The notes beneath the pieces are model-generated. The model did no database searches. It had not been told where the DNA came from and was given only the letters and a program-made list of their open reading frames with translations. From positions 84,198,001 through 84,262,000 of the forward strand of contig CM052817.1 of the NCBI GenBank assembly GCA_028534125.1: a DNA stretch of 64,000 bases, in the 5' to 3' direction. The DNA comes from Lama glama. Its lineage: Eukaryota. Both the position numbers and the translations under genes were made by a program. Below, in pieces: positions 50,133 to 61,453 of this stretch. Position 1 is the stretch's first letter. Each line of letters starts with the position of its first letter.

Positions 50133-50335
50133 CAGTAGTGTTGAGTCTTCTATTCTAGAGGATGCTAATGTTAAGAGTCACATGACCCTGAACCCTGTAA
50201 CACTCTGAAAGTCTACTTGGGTGGGTACTTTGTTAGTGTCTATGGCTTCATGAAGAGCTTGGGGTATTTTTCTGTCTTGTTCCATCATCTTCTCATTATA
50301 TTAACGAATGCCACCCACAGTGAAAGTTACATTTT
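50133..50335 (-). pseudogene. Pseudo-exon (ENVTFTVGGIR*YNEKMMEQDRKIPQALHEAIDTNKVPTQVDFQSVTGFRVM*LLTLASSRIEDSTLL)
   Basis: Strong ctttctttatttcag| acceptor, ctg|gtagct donor, two stops. Confidence 0.55.
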
Positions 50336-51059
50336 CTGAAATAAAGAAAGGAAAATAAGATAAGAATCTAATATTGGTAGCCATTTCTTTTGGCTTCATA
50401 CCAGCACCTGCAACATATGTCATAGCATTTTCTGTTTCATATAAATACAGCCTCAAAAATTGCTCTTTTTGGTCCCACGCCTACATTGCAAAAAGATAAA
50501 AGTCAAAATTTGAGTTTAAAGTTCATTTTTTTAAGTTTATGTAACCAACTTGTGAGAGCTGGTATTATAACCAGAGATAATACAAGTAAAAAAGTCTAGT
50601 TATGGTATACTGGAAAAAGAGTAGCAGACAGATAAATGTAGAACGCAGCCTCAGTGACAAATGACTCTTTGAGCAGAAGTGTCAGGCAGTTCACAAAGCA
50701 TAAAGCAAGCTGTAAACAGCACCAGGCAGAGGGCAGTCTTAATATGCATGTTGTTGTTTGAAAAGCCTACAGGGCATCAATCATTTCAGTTACAACACAG
50801 AGATACACAATATGGAAAACCTCTTCTGTGATAGCACTTAACAGAAAGGAAAATTGACATGTGTATAAACAGAAAGATTTCAAAGACACCCCAAAATATA
50901 CTAATTTGGGTGATATGGCATTAGGTCTTGAAGGAAAGATAATGGGCCACAGAGATTATCTGTTCATTCATTCATTTAGCAAAGATTTATGGAGTATCTC
51001 TAAGTTCCAGGCACTAGTATGTCCTGGGACCACAAAGATAAAGAAAATATGGTCCCTGT

Positions 51060-51600
51060 GCTGTAAATCTCAGGTTTCATTAAACAAATGCTATCTACAT
51101 ATACTCAACAGACATTCATTTCTAGGTACACCAAAAGATAGTATGAGAATTTCATAACAGCTCAGTTTGTAATTAATTTTCCAAACTGGAAAGAACCCTA
51201 ATTCCCATCAACAAGAGAATGGATTATCTATGGGTTATTCATACAACAAAATACTATTCAGAAATGACAATCACAGCACCTGCAACAATATGGGTAAATT
51301 TTATAAACAATATTGAGCAAAAGAAGGTAGATACAAAAAAAGTCATACTGCTTGATTCCATTTATGAAAGTTGAAAATGCAAAAATAAAATGTGGCAAAA
51401 GAGCACCGAATAGGGCTTACAGTGAGATTGTGGTAATTGAAATTGGTGGTATACAAGGGAGACTGCTGGGCAATGTTTTGTTTTCTGATCTGGGTGTTGG
51501 GTACAGAATTGTGATCACTTTGTGAAAAAAAATTTTTTTTTTTTGGAAAAATTTTGGTCTATACACTTATGTGCATATTTGCACATTTCTATTAAAAATT
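51060..51600 (+). mobile_element. Old L1 3' fragment (L1ME-like)
   Basis: ccaaactggaaagaaccct; atactgcttgattccatttatgaaagtt; tttctgatctgggtg. Confidence 0.7.
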
Positions 51601-51642
51601 AGAATGAAGAAGAAATGCCAGATGTTTTAAGGGCTTTATCTT

Positions 51643-51788
51643 TTGTTTTGTTATGTTTTGACTTTCGGAGGGGAGGTAATTAAGTTTATTTATTATTATT
51701 ATTTTATTTAACTAGAGGTACTGGGATCAAACCCATGACTTTCGTGCATGCTAAGCATATACTCTACCACTGAGCTATGCCATCCCCC
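51643..51788 (-). mobile_element. Camelid tRNA-derived SINE (Vic-1-like)
   Basis: Reverse complement of ggggga.gg.atagctcagtggtagag...gcttagcatgcacga; TSD aagggct.t.tctt. Confidence 0.85.
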
Positions 51789-52809
51789 AAGGGCTATGTC
51801 TTACTGTATATCAATTGTTGGGAGTATTTTAATCCTAAAATCTATCCTTGGCCTCGCTATGACTTGCCTCAGTTTTCCCATGCTGGGCCTCTGTTCAAAA
51901 GAGAATAGGCGTTTGGAGATATATTATTGGAGATGTCATTAAAGATCTTCAAAGAGTTACTGCCTTTCTTCCAATTCTGAAAAAAAATTAACCACATTTT
52001 GGCTCACTAATAATTTAACAGCTACTCTAGAATATTTAGAATTCTGCTAAAACTGTACGCTAAAAGCAAATTAGTACAGAAAAACTTGGCTAATATTTTA
52101 AATTAAGTTCAGATCTCAAATTAAATAGTTATTTGATGTTGGCCTTCTTCATATTAAAAAACCTATGAAGAAGCCTTTGTTAGGATTTTAGACTCTGAGA
52201 GATCTCTTTTGGGTACAAGAAAGTCACATCCCTGCCAACTGCTATTCAGTAGATTTTGCTTGCTTATATGTCAGAGGCTCTAGATGAAACCAAAATTTGT
52301 CATTGAATTCTTTTGTGCTGTTGGGGAGAGCATCATAATTCATATTTGCCCATGGCTAGGGCCTTGAGTTGACACTTTGTTCATTTTAAATGATAAAACT
52401 CAGAATTTCCACAGTGCTTTTTCACCTGAGTCCATAAGTGTGTTCGCAGAATGAAACGTACTTTCCTGGGTATTCTGGTGGTATAAGAACTACTTCTGTT
52501 TCATCTAAGTGGCCCAGCTTGCGGACTCACACGGTGTTTAATTTATAAATGGTATTTCATAAGGCACAGAAAAGCTAGAAAACATTGAGTTACAGAAACA
52601 GCAAATAAGCAGGAAATAAACAGTCCTTCAACAATAGTGAATTATGACACAAAAACAATGCTGGAATAAGCCTAAATCATGGCTGCATGTGCCCTTTAAG
52701 TGCTACTACAGTGTTTGCCTTAAAATAGGATGAAAATTTCTCAGCTGTAAATCCCAAGGAGCAGGTGGGCTTACAGTAACTTATCCCCCCAGATGTCCCA
52801 AAGCATCCA

Positions 52810-53430
52810 TTAAAAAATGTTTAATTATGGAAATTTTAAAACATACACAAAAGTAGAAAAGCGTAATGAACCGCCATGTATCACGTATGCAGTTTCAACA
52901 AAAACTAACTTTATCAATCTTGTTTCATCTACCTCCACCCCACATATTTTTCTTCTTTTCCTTTTTATTTTCTTGAAAAGTTTTAGAAAAAAATCTCAGA
53001 TATCATGTCATTTCCAAATACTTTAATAAACATCTCTAACAAGACTTAAAAAAAACCCCACTATACCATTATCATACCTAACAAAATTGTGAATACTTTC
53101 TTAATATCTAATGCCCAGGTGTTTTCAAATTTCCCCATCTGTCTCAAAGATGGATTTTCTAGTTGTTTTGTTTGAATTATGCCATAAAAATTGTCCAAAC
53201 AATACATTTGTTTGTTATGGTTCTTAAGTCCCCTTTATTCTACAAGGGCCTCCCCCTTCCCATTTCCCTCACCTTATGCATTGATTTGTTATAGAAGCTG
53301 GCTCATTTTTTTCTGTGGCATGTCTCCCGCTTCTGGATTTGGCTGATGGTTTCCTTGCAGTTATTTAACTTATTCCTCTACCCCCTATAAATGGTAGTTA
53401 AGCCTAGAGGTTAATCCGACTCAGGGTCAA
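52810..53430 (-). mobile_element. Old L1 3' end (L1MC/ME-like)
   Basis: attatggaaattttaaaacatacacaaaagtaga...aatgaacc motif. Confidence 0.65.
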
Positions 53431-55055
53431 TTTTTTTTTCCTTTATTAAGACAGCCACTTGAAACCTAATCTGCTCAATTGGACTCTGCATAATTTCCTT
53501 CCACATGTTTTTTTGTTAACTCTGATTTTATACGGTACTTTATTCTGTTAGTGGTCACCCAGCCACCTATCAGCAGAGCTGAGGACAGAACCTAGATCTC
53601 TCCAGGCCTCATCCTGGATGGGTCTTTTCCATCACAGAATGCCTCTGGCTGGAGAAGAGCACTCTTTCCCCATTTCTCACATCCACCATAGTCTTTTGAA
53701 ACTAGGACCTTGTAGCCGTCTTGGAATAAGTACAGTACCACTCTTCCCAGTCAGGGTCTCACAAAACCCACAGTAAAGACAATGTTTATGTTGTTTCAGC
53801 TGAAAATGTTCTTTACCATTCAGCAATTTCTTATACAATAATACAGAAAACTGAACGCTGGGCCAGAGGAAAGCAAGTGTCCATAAACTGACTAACATTC
53901 TTTTCTTTTTCTCCTATACAATATTAAAGATCAGCTTGTTATATTTTCAGTGGGACTGTTTTAATTATTGTAGCTGTCCCTAGTATTAAATTTCCTTTTT
54001 TCCCAAAGCTGGCAAAGTGTTGATAATTGTTGAAGTCAGAAAACAAGTAATGGGTTCATTATAATAACCTCTCTTTTAAAATAAATTAATAAAACTGGGA
54101 AAGTATTATTTTTTTTCCTCCTCTCTTCATGCTTAATCAGGTGTCCAGAAGAGAGCAAAACCTTAAGGGAGGTTATCTGTCATACTGACAGAGGTTTTGG
54201 AAATTGTCTTTTGACTAGATCACTAAAACAAGCTTGGATTTTTCTGGTATAGAAAGGCCAGTGCATTTGGTACTATTTATTACAACTAAAGTCAGTTGTG
54301 GTGAATTTAGCCTTGCCTCTGTGGAAGCCTATCTATTATCAAAATAGCTCTTTATGTTCAGAGACACCCAGTAATGGATATGAAGTCAGTGTTGTTCTAG
54401 ATCAGGGGGATTACTGCGTTGTTGAAGGGCTGAGGGGAGGAGATTACAAAGCACCTGTCTGAGCCCTGCATGGTCCTACTGAAGTGAAGCCATAAAACTC
54501 ATCAGGTGCAGTTTTTCAAATGAAAAGAAGGATGGATTTTGCATGCAATTATGGGCCTTTAAAGGCAAACATATGAGCATTAGAGAAACATTATAGCTTC
54601 TTTACTGAAACTGAAGACCCTTATGACTACTGTGAGAAGAAATTTCAACACCAGAGGTTGGGAAGGGAAAAAAGCAGGGAGAATTTTGTTTATATTTTAA
54701 CAAGAGATATTTTAAGAATTAACTGAATTTTTCACAATACTTATAATTTCTGCAATGTTTTATTTCATTTGTTGCATTAAAAAAAAAACCTTTAAATGAA
54801 AGGGACTCCTTGTAGGAGAGGAATCAGGGGAAATGGGAATATATATTGTGTCCTGTCCTACCTCAAAGGAGGAACTCTAAGAGGAAGGAAAAGTGGTTAC
54901 AGCTGTAGAAAGAATTTCTCTAGCCAAATCCCAAGGTGCTTTGGTAAGAACAAAAGATATTAGCTTGGGATGAAAAAAGCAATGGAGAAGTGGGTAGGAA
55001 GCTTTAAACCAGCCTGAGGTCTAATTGTTTCCTCAATAGATAATGGATTAAGATG

Positions 55056-55210
55056 GTGGTCCTCAACTCTGGCTGCACATTAGAACCACCTGGGGAGTTT
55101 TTTCAATAATGCACTGGTGCTAGGCTGATATAACTGGGTTGAGGTGGGGCCTGGGTATTTTAAATGCTCCCAGGTGTTTCTTCTGAGCTATCAGGGTTTA
55201 GAACCACTGA
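55056..55210. mobile_element. MER5A-like (hAT-Charlie)
   Basis: gtggtcctcaactctggctgcacattagaaccacctgggg...gggtttagaaccactg. Confidence 0.8.
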
Positions 55211-55769
55211 GTCAAGGCTTTCTCACTTAATATGTTTATTTTTGCAAGTTCAGCATCTAAAGATGTTTCCTTCTAGTTTATTATGTGCAATTACTATATC
55301 CTGCTGTTATGTGAGTAATGATCCTTTAGTTCTGTGGGTCACGGTCTAGCTAGGCTTCAATATAAGAAACTAAGAAAAAAATACTGGCACGCTCAAATTT
55401 TTTAAGAAAAATATAAAGTGTATTTTTGAAAAACAGTTAAATACAATTAAAGATACTATACCCCATTTTAAGATAATACCTAAAATAAGCTTTAAAGAAA
55501 TAAACACCCAGGATCAAACTAATCCCTAATTGTTACCAATTGGTGTTTATCCTCAGCTTGGTTATTTATAATCAGGCATCTTTAAAATGTTTCCTCCCCT
55601 CTTTTAATCCTTATCTTAGAGATAGAACTCTCTATATTAAATACTAGTGTAGTCTTGGATGGCTGCTTTTTTCACCTTAACAGCCATAATACAAATTCAT
55701 TTCTGATATATCTTCCATATAAAAGAATGCACTTATTTACTACAAAACATTACATTTGAAAACAACATT

Positions 55770-56750
55770 TAGTAAAAGAAATGATAGAGTTGAAAAATTA
55801 CCATTTTGCAACCATTATAGAAATAATCAGGGGGGGAGGGTAATAGCTCAGTAGTAGAGTGTGTGCTTAGCATGCCCGAGGTCCTGGGTTCAGTCCCCAG
55901 TACCTCCATTTGAAAAAGAAAAAAAGAAAAAATAAGAAATAATTGATTAAGCCCAGAATTGTCAATGGATGCTAAAACCATTGAGTTCAACTTTGGCAGG
56001 ATATTTACTTAGTCTCAAAGTACTTGCCCACAAATTAAAATAACAAAGGGAAAAATGGTAACCTTGTTGTAGAGAAACCCAGTGGACATTGTTTTAACCA
56101 AGAGAGAATGCAGAAGAATGAACAAACTGATGTCATGTGTCTCCTAATATGATGCACTGAGAAGGACACATTACCTGTGTAATATTCCTGCCAAAAATGG
56201 GTTACCTGAAACTAATCATAAAAACAAATCAGATCAATTCCAATTGAGGGACATGCTATTATTGGACTGTACTTTTCAAAATTGTTCATACCATAAAAGG
56301 CTGAACTGTTCCAGATTAAAAGAGATTAAACAACACAACTTAACACATATCCTGGATTAGATTCTGGATAGAAAGATAATTATTCTTTTCTATGAATGAC
56401 ATTAAGGAGACAGCTGGAGAAACTTGTATATGCATTGTATAAAACTGCATCAAGTTAAATTTCTTACGGATTATCACTGTACTGTAGATCTAAAGTACAA
56501 AGTCACTGTTTTTATGAAATACATGCTAAAATTATTTAGGGATAAAGAATCATAATGTCTGCAGTTTACTCTCTAATAGCGCATCAAGAATAATAATAAA
56601 ATTAAAATAATTGTATATATGACTAGACAGACAGAGAGAAAGACAATGTGGCAAGTTGTTAACAAGTGATGAAGCAAGATAATAGATTCAAGGAAGTTCA
56701 TTGAACTATATCTGTAAGTTTTCAATTTTTTCAAAGCAGAACATTTAGAA
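55770..56750 (+). mobile_element. Old L1 3' end (L1MC-like), host of a SINE
   Basis: Homologous to 1390-2310. Confidence 0.7.
55830..55935 (+). mobile_element. Camelid tRNA-derived SINE (Vic-1-like)
   Basis: ggggggagggtaatagctcagtagtagagtgtgtgcttagcatgcccgaggtcctgggttcagtccccagtacctcc, A-tail, TSD agaaataat. Confidence 0.9.
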
Positions 56751-56847
56751 AACCAACATAAACAGAATACTCAATAGCCTTGTAAATAGACACAGTTTTA
56801 CAAGGTCTCTGGTATATTTTGTTTTTTTCTTCACATTTTCCTCTTAC

Positions 56848-56917
56848 CCACTTTTGACTGCTTTACAAATGTTTAATCGTTTGTGAAGAGACAGTAAAGA
56901 TGTAGAAAAGAGTTTTC
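56848..56917 (-). pseudogene. Pseudo-exon (GKLFSTSLLSLHKRLNICKAVKS)
   Basis: atttcctttaag| acceptor, tgg|gtaaga donor, open frame. Confidence 0.45.
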
Positions 56918-57539
56918 CTTAAAGGAAATCATTTGAAAATCGACAAATACTTTTATATTCCAATAACCATCTCCTAATTTATTGGTTTAATAAATTAAGG
57001 GTGTTTGGTAGTTAGGTTATTCTGTGTTTTTTTATTATAGTAAATTATACATAAAATTTACCATTTTACCCATTTTAATGGCATTAGGAATATTCACATT
57101 GTTGTTCAACCATCAACATTATCCATCTCTAGAACTTTTTCATTATCCCATATGGAAACTCTGTACCATTAAACAATATCTCCTATCCACACTTTACCTA
57201 CTTTTATATATTCTTAATATTCATTCCTTATCTAATAGTGATTTACAAATGTTTTCTCCCATCCCATATTCTTGGATGCACAAAAGTTTTTAATTTTCAT
57301 GAAGTCCAATTTGTCTGTTTTTCCTTTTGTTGCCTGTGTGTTGGTGTTATATCCAAGAAATCATTTCTAGTCTGCTTCTTAAGGTGGTGAATAGCATAGA
57401 TTTTTCTTTGCATTTTAGAATGAGAATAATGTTAGCTGCTTATCATTTCTGGAATGTGCAACCCATACATTTTTGCCTCAGCAGTGTGGAACTTCAAAAT
57501 GAAGTTGCATTTCCTTTTTGTAACTAAATTGTCACTCAC

Positions 57540-57619
57540 TGATCCATTTGCTGAAATGTAGTTCCTTGAAGTCTTCCCTCTGCTCTTTCTGGAAATTTCT
57601 CAGGGAATTTTCTCATATG
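57540..57619 (-). pseudogene. Pseudo-exon (HMRKFPEKFPERAEGRLQGTTFQQMD)
   Basis: gttgttctgcag| acceptor, tca|gtgagtg donor, open frame. Confidence 0.5.
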
Positions 57620-57969
57620 CTGCAGAACAACTGCTCAGTTTTGTTTTGTTTTGTTTTGGTTTGGCTTGGTTTGGTTTCTGTTCAAGCCTCTTTCTTTTGC
57701 CTGTGCTGCTGTACCCTTGTGAGATGTCAATTCTGCTGGGCCCAGGTGTCCCACAAGTGTATCTACCACTGAGGTCTCCAACTTGCCCTCTGATCCAGAG
57801 AAATGAGCAATTTTTATTTCCTCCTTACCCCTGATCCAGGTACCTGGAGCTTCTTGGCACAGATGCCTGTCTTGACTTCCCTGCCCCCAGGTGGGCACAG
57901 CTTGTGGTCTTGCAGGTGGCAGGAGGGGAAACTGGTGGGCCTCATGCTGAGTCTCAGGGTGGGAACCTG

Positions 57970-60900
57970 GTTCTGACACCTACTAAACCAGTAAGAAAGA
58001 CTTTAAGCAGGTCTGTTGCAATAGATGTCAAGACTATGGTGATAGGGGAGAGAGATCATGCTCAGCTCTGAATTCAGCAAGGACACTGCAGGTGTATCCC
58101 AGGAGCAGAGTGGGTCGGTGGATGGAAAATGGCTAAAAGGTAGGACAATCACCATCAAAGGCTGGGGGATTCTTGTTAAACTGACTTAACAACATTCCTA
58201 TGGAAGGCAGGCCAGGGTGATAAGGGGTTGAGGAATCTAATCAGATATCAAGAGTAGGGGATTCTCTCCAAACTGACTAAGCAGGATTTTTCCTACAACT
58301 GGGCTGTGCAGGCCCAGCAAGGACGGGGGAAGGCCAAGGCCCAGTCAAAAAGAGAGCTCAGAAGAGCCTAAAGTTTTGTCAAGGAGAGTTTTTGTGAGCC
58401 CCTCCCCTCATTCAAAGACAGAGGACACATTCTTTCTTTCCTTAGACAGTCTAAGTCCATTGCTTATCAGTTGCTTTTTGTTCACTAAGGACTAACTGAA
58501 CCGTATGTTGGAACTTGGTAGTAGGGCAGCCAATTGAGAAGATTTCTGGATGTTGGGCTTGAAACATCCTAAGGTGGTGGAGGGAGGACAGCAGTGGTAA
58601 ACTGGTGAGTTTCCTGGCTTGTAGCCTGGATGTCTCTGATAGACATCAGTGTCACAATTGTGGTTATTTCCTAAAGCAGAGCATGGACAATTCAGGCTTT
58701 CCAGTGAACTTCCCGAGTGGCCCACACAGCAGCAGCTCTAGGCACCCAGGTTGCCCAGCCTCCAGCTTCAGCCTCCAGGGCTTCTTTAGGTACAAGACAA
58801 CCTAGAATTCCAATAAGGATCCGGGAAGTCAAGTTTTAGTTCTCAGTGGCTCTAAGGCAGGAGGGTGGGAGAAAAATTGGAAACATTAACTTGGAGATTT
58901 CTAGCCAAATATTGGAGGAAATTAGAAGAACTGAAAATTTGGATTGACAAAATGTGTAAAACAGCAGGATCCAATTTAGTTTGCAGATAGATAAACCTCA
59001 TAGATGATGAATTGGACCAGAATCTGATAACCCATGAGGGTGTGCTATAGTTTTCCTATAATTAATAAAACATAAATATTTCCTATAGTTTATGAAACAT
59101 GAAATTTCTCTATATAGTCATCCTCCCTTTTAAATCTTATTTACAAAATAAATCTGGTCTCATTATATTTGGCCTGATTATTTACATAAATTCAGCAATA
59201 ATCTAATTAACACATAGGCCTTTCAAAGTCTGTTTTGCTAGAACTTTTAATAAGGAATCTCAAAAGATTTTTTTAAAAAAAACCTCTTGATTATAGGAAG
59301 CCAAGAACTCACCAGCAAACTTTACCTGCAATACATATAGATGATTTCCTCTCTTTTTGAGGTCCCCCAAACATCCTAGGGTTCCTGGGCTCTACTTACC
59401 TGTAAGACCAGAAAACCCTTTTAGTCAGATACTAGGCTGATTTCCTTCCCCAAGAGGGATTTGTAAGCATTGGCTCCATAAAGTCAGTCTTAGTTCCTTA
59501 AAACCATCTGGTCATAACTAATTCTATGCATATCATTCTCAAATATGACATATGACAAAGCTCAATTATACAACTATTTTCTCCAATTACGTTCTGTTAC
59601 AAAAAGAACAGATTTTTTTTTTTTTAATTGACGTGTGGTTGATTTACAATGTTGTGTTAGTTTCTGGTGTACAGCATAGTGATTCAGTTATACATACACA
59701 CATATATATAAAAAGCACAGCTTCTTATTGAACTCATGCAATTAATTATTTTGCCATAGAAATGCTCAATAAGAATTTGCTAATTCTGGAGGAATCAGGC
59801 AGGGAGAATAAGTGTTCCATTTCTATTCATAAAAATATAATTATTAAATTGTTGTGGATTATGCATAGCTTAAGAGAAAAGAGAAAGGAGTACATTATAT
59901 CAGAAAATAGAACATTAAAGGACTATCAAAGTTCCAAAGAAAAAGTCATAATTATCCTTAGTCAGATCATTCAATCCCATGTAATTAATTTTTCTTCTGC
60001 TTAATTTTAGCAGTTTTATGACCCTGTTGGCTTCTCAACTACAGTTCTGGAAATTCTTACTCATTTCAGTGGTACGGTCTCAAAGTTATTTAAGCAATGC
60101 CACCAAAAGCCTGTTTCCCAGAGTACCCGTCACATAATTTCCCATGAGTCTCTGAATCCATCTCTTTTTGTTGAAGGTGAAGCACTCTGGACTGTAACTG
60201 ATTGCAAACACTTTCAAGAAAGTATCAGTACAGGACATGTTATGGACACCAAGAGTATGGACTAATTTCTATAAACCATATGTGATTTCTGAAATATTTA
60301 TATTAATGACATTAACCCATAAAAATGTAACCTAGGGAAAGTTAAGCATCCCTTCTTACTTGACAATGGTTTTCATGCCATTCAACATCCAAATAAACCT
60401 AATTATTTTTTAACATCTCTTTTTTTACAAGATAAAAGAACAAAACCTTTGAGATTTTCTGGAGGCCCTCTGGAAAGTCTCAAATTCAGTTCAATATCAA
60501 GATTTCATTTAGAATATGACATTAGGAAAGCATAATTGTCCAAAATGTCAAAGGTTTGAATACTTGATTAAATAAGATCACAGGTCACTGTGTAACAATT
60601 CTGAGCTTCCTATTTAACCAAAGTAACAGAAGAATTTAAAAGTAACAATAGAAGGTAACATGATTGTAAAAAACAAAAACAAAAACAAAAACAAAAACAA
60701 AAAACCTTAGCCTTTTAAAAAAGTGAGATGACTTGGTTCTCTTAAATAATCAAGGATGTGATAAAGGTTAACATAAAACACAGGAAATTATTCCGAACAG
60801 ATACCAAATCTTGTTTTCCTAAGCATATTATGCAAAAGATGAGGACAAATATTTTATAATCTCTTATTAAGAGCACACCTATAATCCAAGAAAATCTTAT

Positions 60901-61408
60901 TATTTTTAACAGAGAGAGAGAAAACCAAATTCTAGTTTTGCATAAGTGCACTTTTGATATCAAGGTTCATTTTTTTAAAAAACCTTATAAATAAACATCC
61001 AACGTGAGCCAGCTCTGACCAGGCAAGATAAGATTTCTTTTCCAAGATTCCTTTTCTACAAATTTTCTTCAATATTTTATATTCATTCCGCTTTTGTCCT
61101 CTCTCACACTGGGGCAACCGGTCACTTAATTTAGGACAAAGTTATTCTTTTTCCCTTAATGAAAATACACCCTAAATTTCTTGTATTTTCTTCATGCAAA
61201 GTTGTTTCTCTTTACTCTTATTATTTGCAGTAGTTTTATTTATATATACTTATTATAATTCTTACGCATTGGTAACCTCTTTTTTCTAACAGAGAAAATC
61301 AGGAAGTAGACATGATTGTAGTCACATACCACCATTCTGTAGACTAGTATATTTTATGAATATGACATCTATATTAGTCAAGGCTCTCCACAGAAACAGA
61401 ATAAATAA

Positions 61409-61453
<45 letters not shown>

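Larger units (their letters stand above)
17664..57979 (-). pseudogene. Decayed multi-exon RGS22/RGSL1-like pseudogene, unit A (5' part may lie beyond the MER31 provirus)
   Basis: Minus-strand exon-like segments at 57619-57540, 56917-56848, 50335-50133, 47144-46938, ~46314-46051, 44509-44351, 41330-41243, 41136-40916, 36584-~36440, 30235-29704, 22211-22088, 21695-21485, 20438-19856, 19285-19182, 18797-18381 and 18205-18058, with RGS-like motifs, stops and frameshifts. Confidence 0.68.

Noticed and set aside
55830..55910. tRNA gene
   Set aside because: The A-tail and TSD show that it is a SINE.
400..57979. Functional RGSL1 or RGS22 gene itself
   Set aside because: Similarity is only at motif level, and most exons carry stops, frameshifts or broken donors.
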